Below are positions 60,650 to 64,000 of a DNA stretch of 64,000 bases, piece by piece. The stretch comes from Amphiscolops sp. MND2022 (lineage: Eukaryota), in assembly GCA_964187785.1 (NCBI GenBank), contig OZ076410.1, forward strand, positions 62,496,001-62,560,000. Direction: 5' to 3'. Numbering within the stretch: position 1 is the first letter of the stretch; each line of letters begins with the position of its first letter. The position numbers were made by a program, and so were the translations under genes. The notes under the pieces were generated by a model. It did not search any database, was not told where the DNA came from, and saw only the letters and a list, made by a program, of their open reading frames with translations.

Positions 60650-61042
60650 GAAGAAGAAGAAGAAGAAGAAGAAGAAAGTTTATTTCCCCAATTCCGCGGG
60701 GTGGACGTCGAATAAGCATTTCTGCTTTTCTAAGTCGGCGCCCTTTCGGATACTATCTCCCCATAGCAAACGATTGTTCTATATTTGCAACCAAATGGTC
60801 AAGCAATGGTGGACTTGAAACTGTGGCTTCAAAGTGACTTGCTCGATGTCACAAAGGTCTGACTGCTTGCTCACCGTTACTCTTTTTATTTTGCTTTTCT
60901 CCGCCAAATGCGGTATTTTTTTGTCACTGACCATACCACTAAAGCTAGGGATGAAGGACTTGCTTAAGGCCCAACAATGGTGAGTTGAGAGAGATTCGAA
61001 CCTGAAACCGTCGAATGCTCTAACCACTACGCCATGCTCCCC
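60650..61042 (-). mobile_element. tRNA-derived SINE with (CTT)9 tail
   Basis: Head ggggagcaTGGCGTAGTGGTtagagcattcgacggtttcaGGTTCGAATCtctc (A and B boxes), then ttgggccttaagcaagtccttcatccc and tgtgacatcgagcaagtcacttt. 3' end ggggAAATAAActtt(ctt)n; (GAA)9 at 60650-60676. Confidence 0.75.
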
Positions 61043-62157
61043 ATCATTGGTCATGCTTTGAGTTTGATACACTGTTAAAAAAAAACGGGAGGAAGCGTGA
61101 CTGATAATGCTTGTCAACCACAACATCTGCAAAATTGAAAAATTTTAAGAGGTTTCTTGTGTGAAATCTGCACCCGTTTTCTCGAGCAGTATGTCATTCA
61201 AAAACAGGTTGAAACTCAACATAACGTAGGTAACTAATATACACATTGATTGAACCTGCTGTGTAGTCCTAATCAGAAGTGCAAATTTATACGTCAAATC
61301 CCTCAGCCCCCGAATTTTTCCATAATCATTCAAAATAAAACCCCAATGTTCAAGAAATGGGAAAATGGGTTTTGCTGGAACGCAAAAGTGAATGCTTATG
61401 AGGGTTAACTTCAACAATAAACATTTCTTCTTGGTCTCTAGATAGTATTCCTCGATAATCTTGTGAAAAACTACCAAAACCAACAATGAAACGTCGGGAC
61501 AAGCTTCCTCTGGATGAATTACTACTTAACTCAAAGTGAAGGGACCAAAAACGTAAGATTTTGCTCTTTTTGCCTTAAATTTTCAGGTATTTCTCATATT
61601 GCTCTTTCTGTGTTTCTCAGACGAATTTGGTCCATTTTCAGATATTTTCCATTGAACTCAGGTATTTCCCATGGTACCCCTTTTACCTAAGTTTTTCAGG
61701 TAAAACTGCATGGCGTTTGAATCGGCGCTTTATTGAGAATAAAACGCGACCTTCATAGTGGCTTTTCGTCGTTTTTTCTTGTTTTTTAATCTGCACGAAC
61801 TGACTAAAATAGTTGTACAAAAGTTCCAAAACTCTTGAAATTTTAAAACATACCGCATTAAATTCCGAAGCAAAGTACGTTTCACTAAAGAAACACAGAA
61901 AATTCAACATATTGTCATATACAGAAAACTCAACACAAGAAAATTCAACACAAAAATCACACCTTCGCACGTTAAATTAATTTCAGACCGAATGTAAAAA
62001 TTTACTCAGTGTCTGATTTCATTAACTAGTTTGTGAATTTGGATTGTTGGTGTTCCCACTTATGTTAAGCCAATGGCTCATTCAATTTTATATTACATAT
62101 AACGAAAATATCAAGCGCTACTATTCTATTTCTACATTGATTCACTGTAACCAGACA

Positions 62158-62620
62158 TGTCAATTATATGCGCCGTATATTCCGCATATTTTCCCGCGTA
62201 TTTTGCTAGATTTCAGAATCCGCATATAAACCGCATATTTACCGCGCATATCGGACTGCTTTTGTAACTAATCGTTTGTGCAATCGATGAAATCGAACCG
62301 CTATACACTTGGTATACCAGGTTTTGAACGTGTCCCCAAATGACAAACCTTGTTTTTCTTCTTTGCGCCTCAGCCTCTGTTGAACTGTTTTTCAGCTACG
62401 TTTCGAACAGCGGGAACAATTGACTGAGGAAAAACTTTCACAATCATTGATGTTATTTTTCAATTCAGAGAACTTGGAATAATTCAGTTTTTTTCTCAAT
62501 AATTTCGTCCTTTTTTAAGCAAAATGTAACATTTTACCGCATAATTGAGGGCATCTTTGGAAGAAATTATCCGCATAAAGTCTTGCATCTATTAGAGCTT
62601 TTTACCGCATATAATTGACA
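62158..62620. mobile_element. MITE with 15-bp inverted repeats
   Basis: tgtcaattatatgcg (62158-62172) / cgcatataattgaca (62606-62620), with subterminal ccgcatat repeats. Confidence 0.6.
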
Positions 62621-63313
62621 CCCCCGACTTTCAAGCCCAAATATAAATATAAAATTTGGTGGATAAGATAACTATCAACTAATTTTTAAACTATTGTGAA
62701 CAGCTTTCGTGGAAAGCAAAACGAATGTCTTACGAGAAGTTACAGAAATTTTTGATGTAAATGTGTTCAATTTTCTGTGTTCAATTTTTTTGTGTTGAGT
62801 TTTCGTGTGTTGAGTTTTTTTGTTGAACTTTCTTGTGTTGAATTTTCTTGTGTTGAGTTTTTGGTAATCTGTTGAGGTTCGAAAATATGTCGCTATATCC
62901 GAATTTTCGATGTTCTTATTCGAAGTAAAGTGCGTTTTAGTAGCGTTTTAGTGGGGGGAGGAGGGTCGAACAAAAGCACGCTATATCCGAATTTTTGACG
63001 TTAAATCCGAAGTAATTGGTACTTCTGGTGGGCAAAGAAGCAGAAAAACTTTGTTCTTTGATGGAAAGGAAGCAGAAATGCTTTGGTTTCTGATGTTTTT
63101 GGGGAGAATAAAAGCAAAAAAACCTTTTAAGCCCAAAGGGTCCCTCGTTCGTTTTTTTTTCCCTATTGTGGAAATGAGAAGTTGTTCAAAGAGAATCTTT
63201 GACGCTTTGAAGTACTTTTGTTCTTTTTGAACCTTAACTGTGGCGCCGATTCATGATGTTCCCGGCTTGTTACTGTGTACTTCGAGTGCCGTCCTCTCGT
63301 CATTGCTTGACGA

Positions 63314-63565
63314 CCCTGGTTGAGGAAAAATGCGTTCCTTGCAAAGATCTTGCAAGATCCTTGTAAAAATGCAATTACTTGTAAGATCTTGCAAGGAAAT
63401 TTGTTCCTTGCAAGATCTTGCAAGGAAATTTGTTCCTTGCAAGATCTTGTAAGGAAATTTTTTCCTTGCAAGATCTTGCAAGGTAATTTTTTCCTTGCAA
63501 GATCTTGCAAGAAATTTTTTTCCTTGAAAGATCTTGCAATGAAATGCTTTCCTTGCAAGATTCTT
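63314..63565. repeat. Tandem array of a 20-bp palindrome (CCTTGCAAGATCTTGCAAGG), ~29-bp period, behind a CCCTGG terminus
   Basis: About 7 palindromic units separated by aaatttgtt/aaatttttt. The architecture resembles the subterminal arrays of 42046-43553. Confidence 0.85.
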
Positions 63566-64000
63566 GAGTTCAATGTACTTCATACTGAGAAATTATGTTA
63601 ACGTAGTCGTGATTTGAGTATAATGTCAAACACGTTAATAACTATTATTTCAGAAGGGTAATTTAACAAATTGAAAAATAATTTCAATCGAAATATTATG
63701 CACAGTCTAATTTCAAATTATTAACTGGTACATAACACAATTGGTAAGAAAAAATTTTCAGAATACTCCGAAACTGTATTTTAAATGTTGCGTCACTGAA
63801 ATGTACTACTACTTTTTAAATAGCTTCACTAAGATCACACTTTTAGAGATATTTTCTAGAGTTTGCATCTTTTTGGTGGTTGAATCCTCTAGTAAAGAAA
63901 CCCCGTTCTGTGGTAGAATAGTCACGAAGCAGTAGTCAGCTTGAAGTCAAACACAATGAGTATAAAAAATAATAAAAATTGTCGAGAACATTCCACGAAA

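Noticed and set aside
63314-63565. CRISPR-like palindromic repeats with regular spacing
   Set aside because: Spacers are ~9 nt and near-identical, there are no cas genes, and the context is eukaryotic.

Overview
AT-rich eukaryotic DNA, most likely from an invertebrate animal (inferred from the repeat content and a GPCR exon with splice signals). It is dominated by decayed, nested transposable elements. There is no intact long ORF, rRNA, CRISPR array or convincing functional tRNA. From left to right: (1) 1-9.8 kb holds non-autonomous repeats and MITEs. (2) 9.8-14.4 kb is a minus-strand Bel/Pao LTR element without integrase, with a tRNA-Trp-type PBS. (3) About 16-29.6 kb is a minus-strand Gypsy element with a dUTPase-like remnant upstream of RT and an unusually long (over 4 kb) post-pol region tiled with degenerate ORFs on both strands. 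About 4.5-5 kb of it is tandemly duplicated. (4) 29.2-37.3 kb is a second tandem duplication (about 3.9 kb) containing a circularly permuted Copia fragment (RT-RH-PPT-LTR-PBS-gag). (5) 39-47 kb holds foldback, MITE and Helentron-like elements, including a Merlin-like MITE with an 8-bp TSD. (6) 48.1-52.8 kb is a two-LTR Gypsy element with a 5-bp TSD whose RT is deleted. (7) 53-64 kb looks like host intron, with hairpins, a tRNA-derived SINE and one convincing exon of a class A GPCR on the + strand. The best candidates for something undescribed are the accessory ORFs of the first Gypsy element and the permuted Copia. All identities and alignments were judged by eye.
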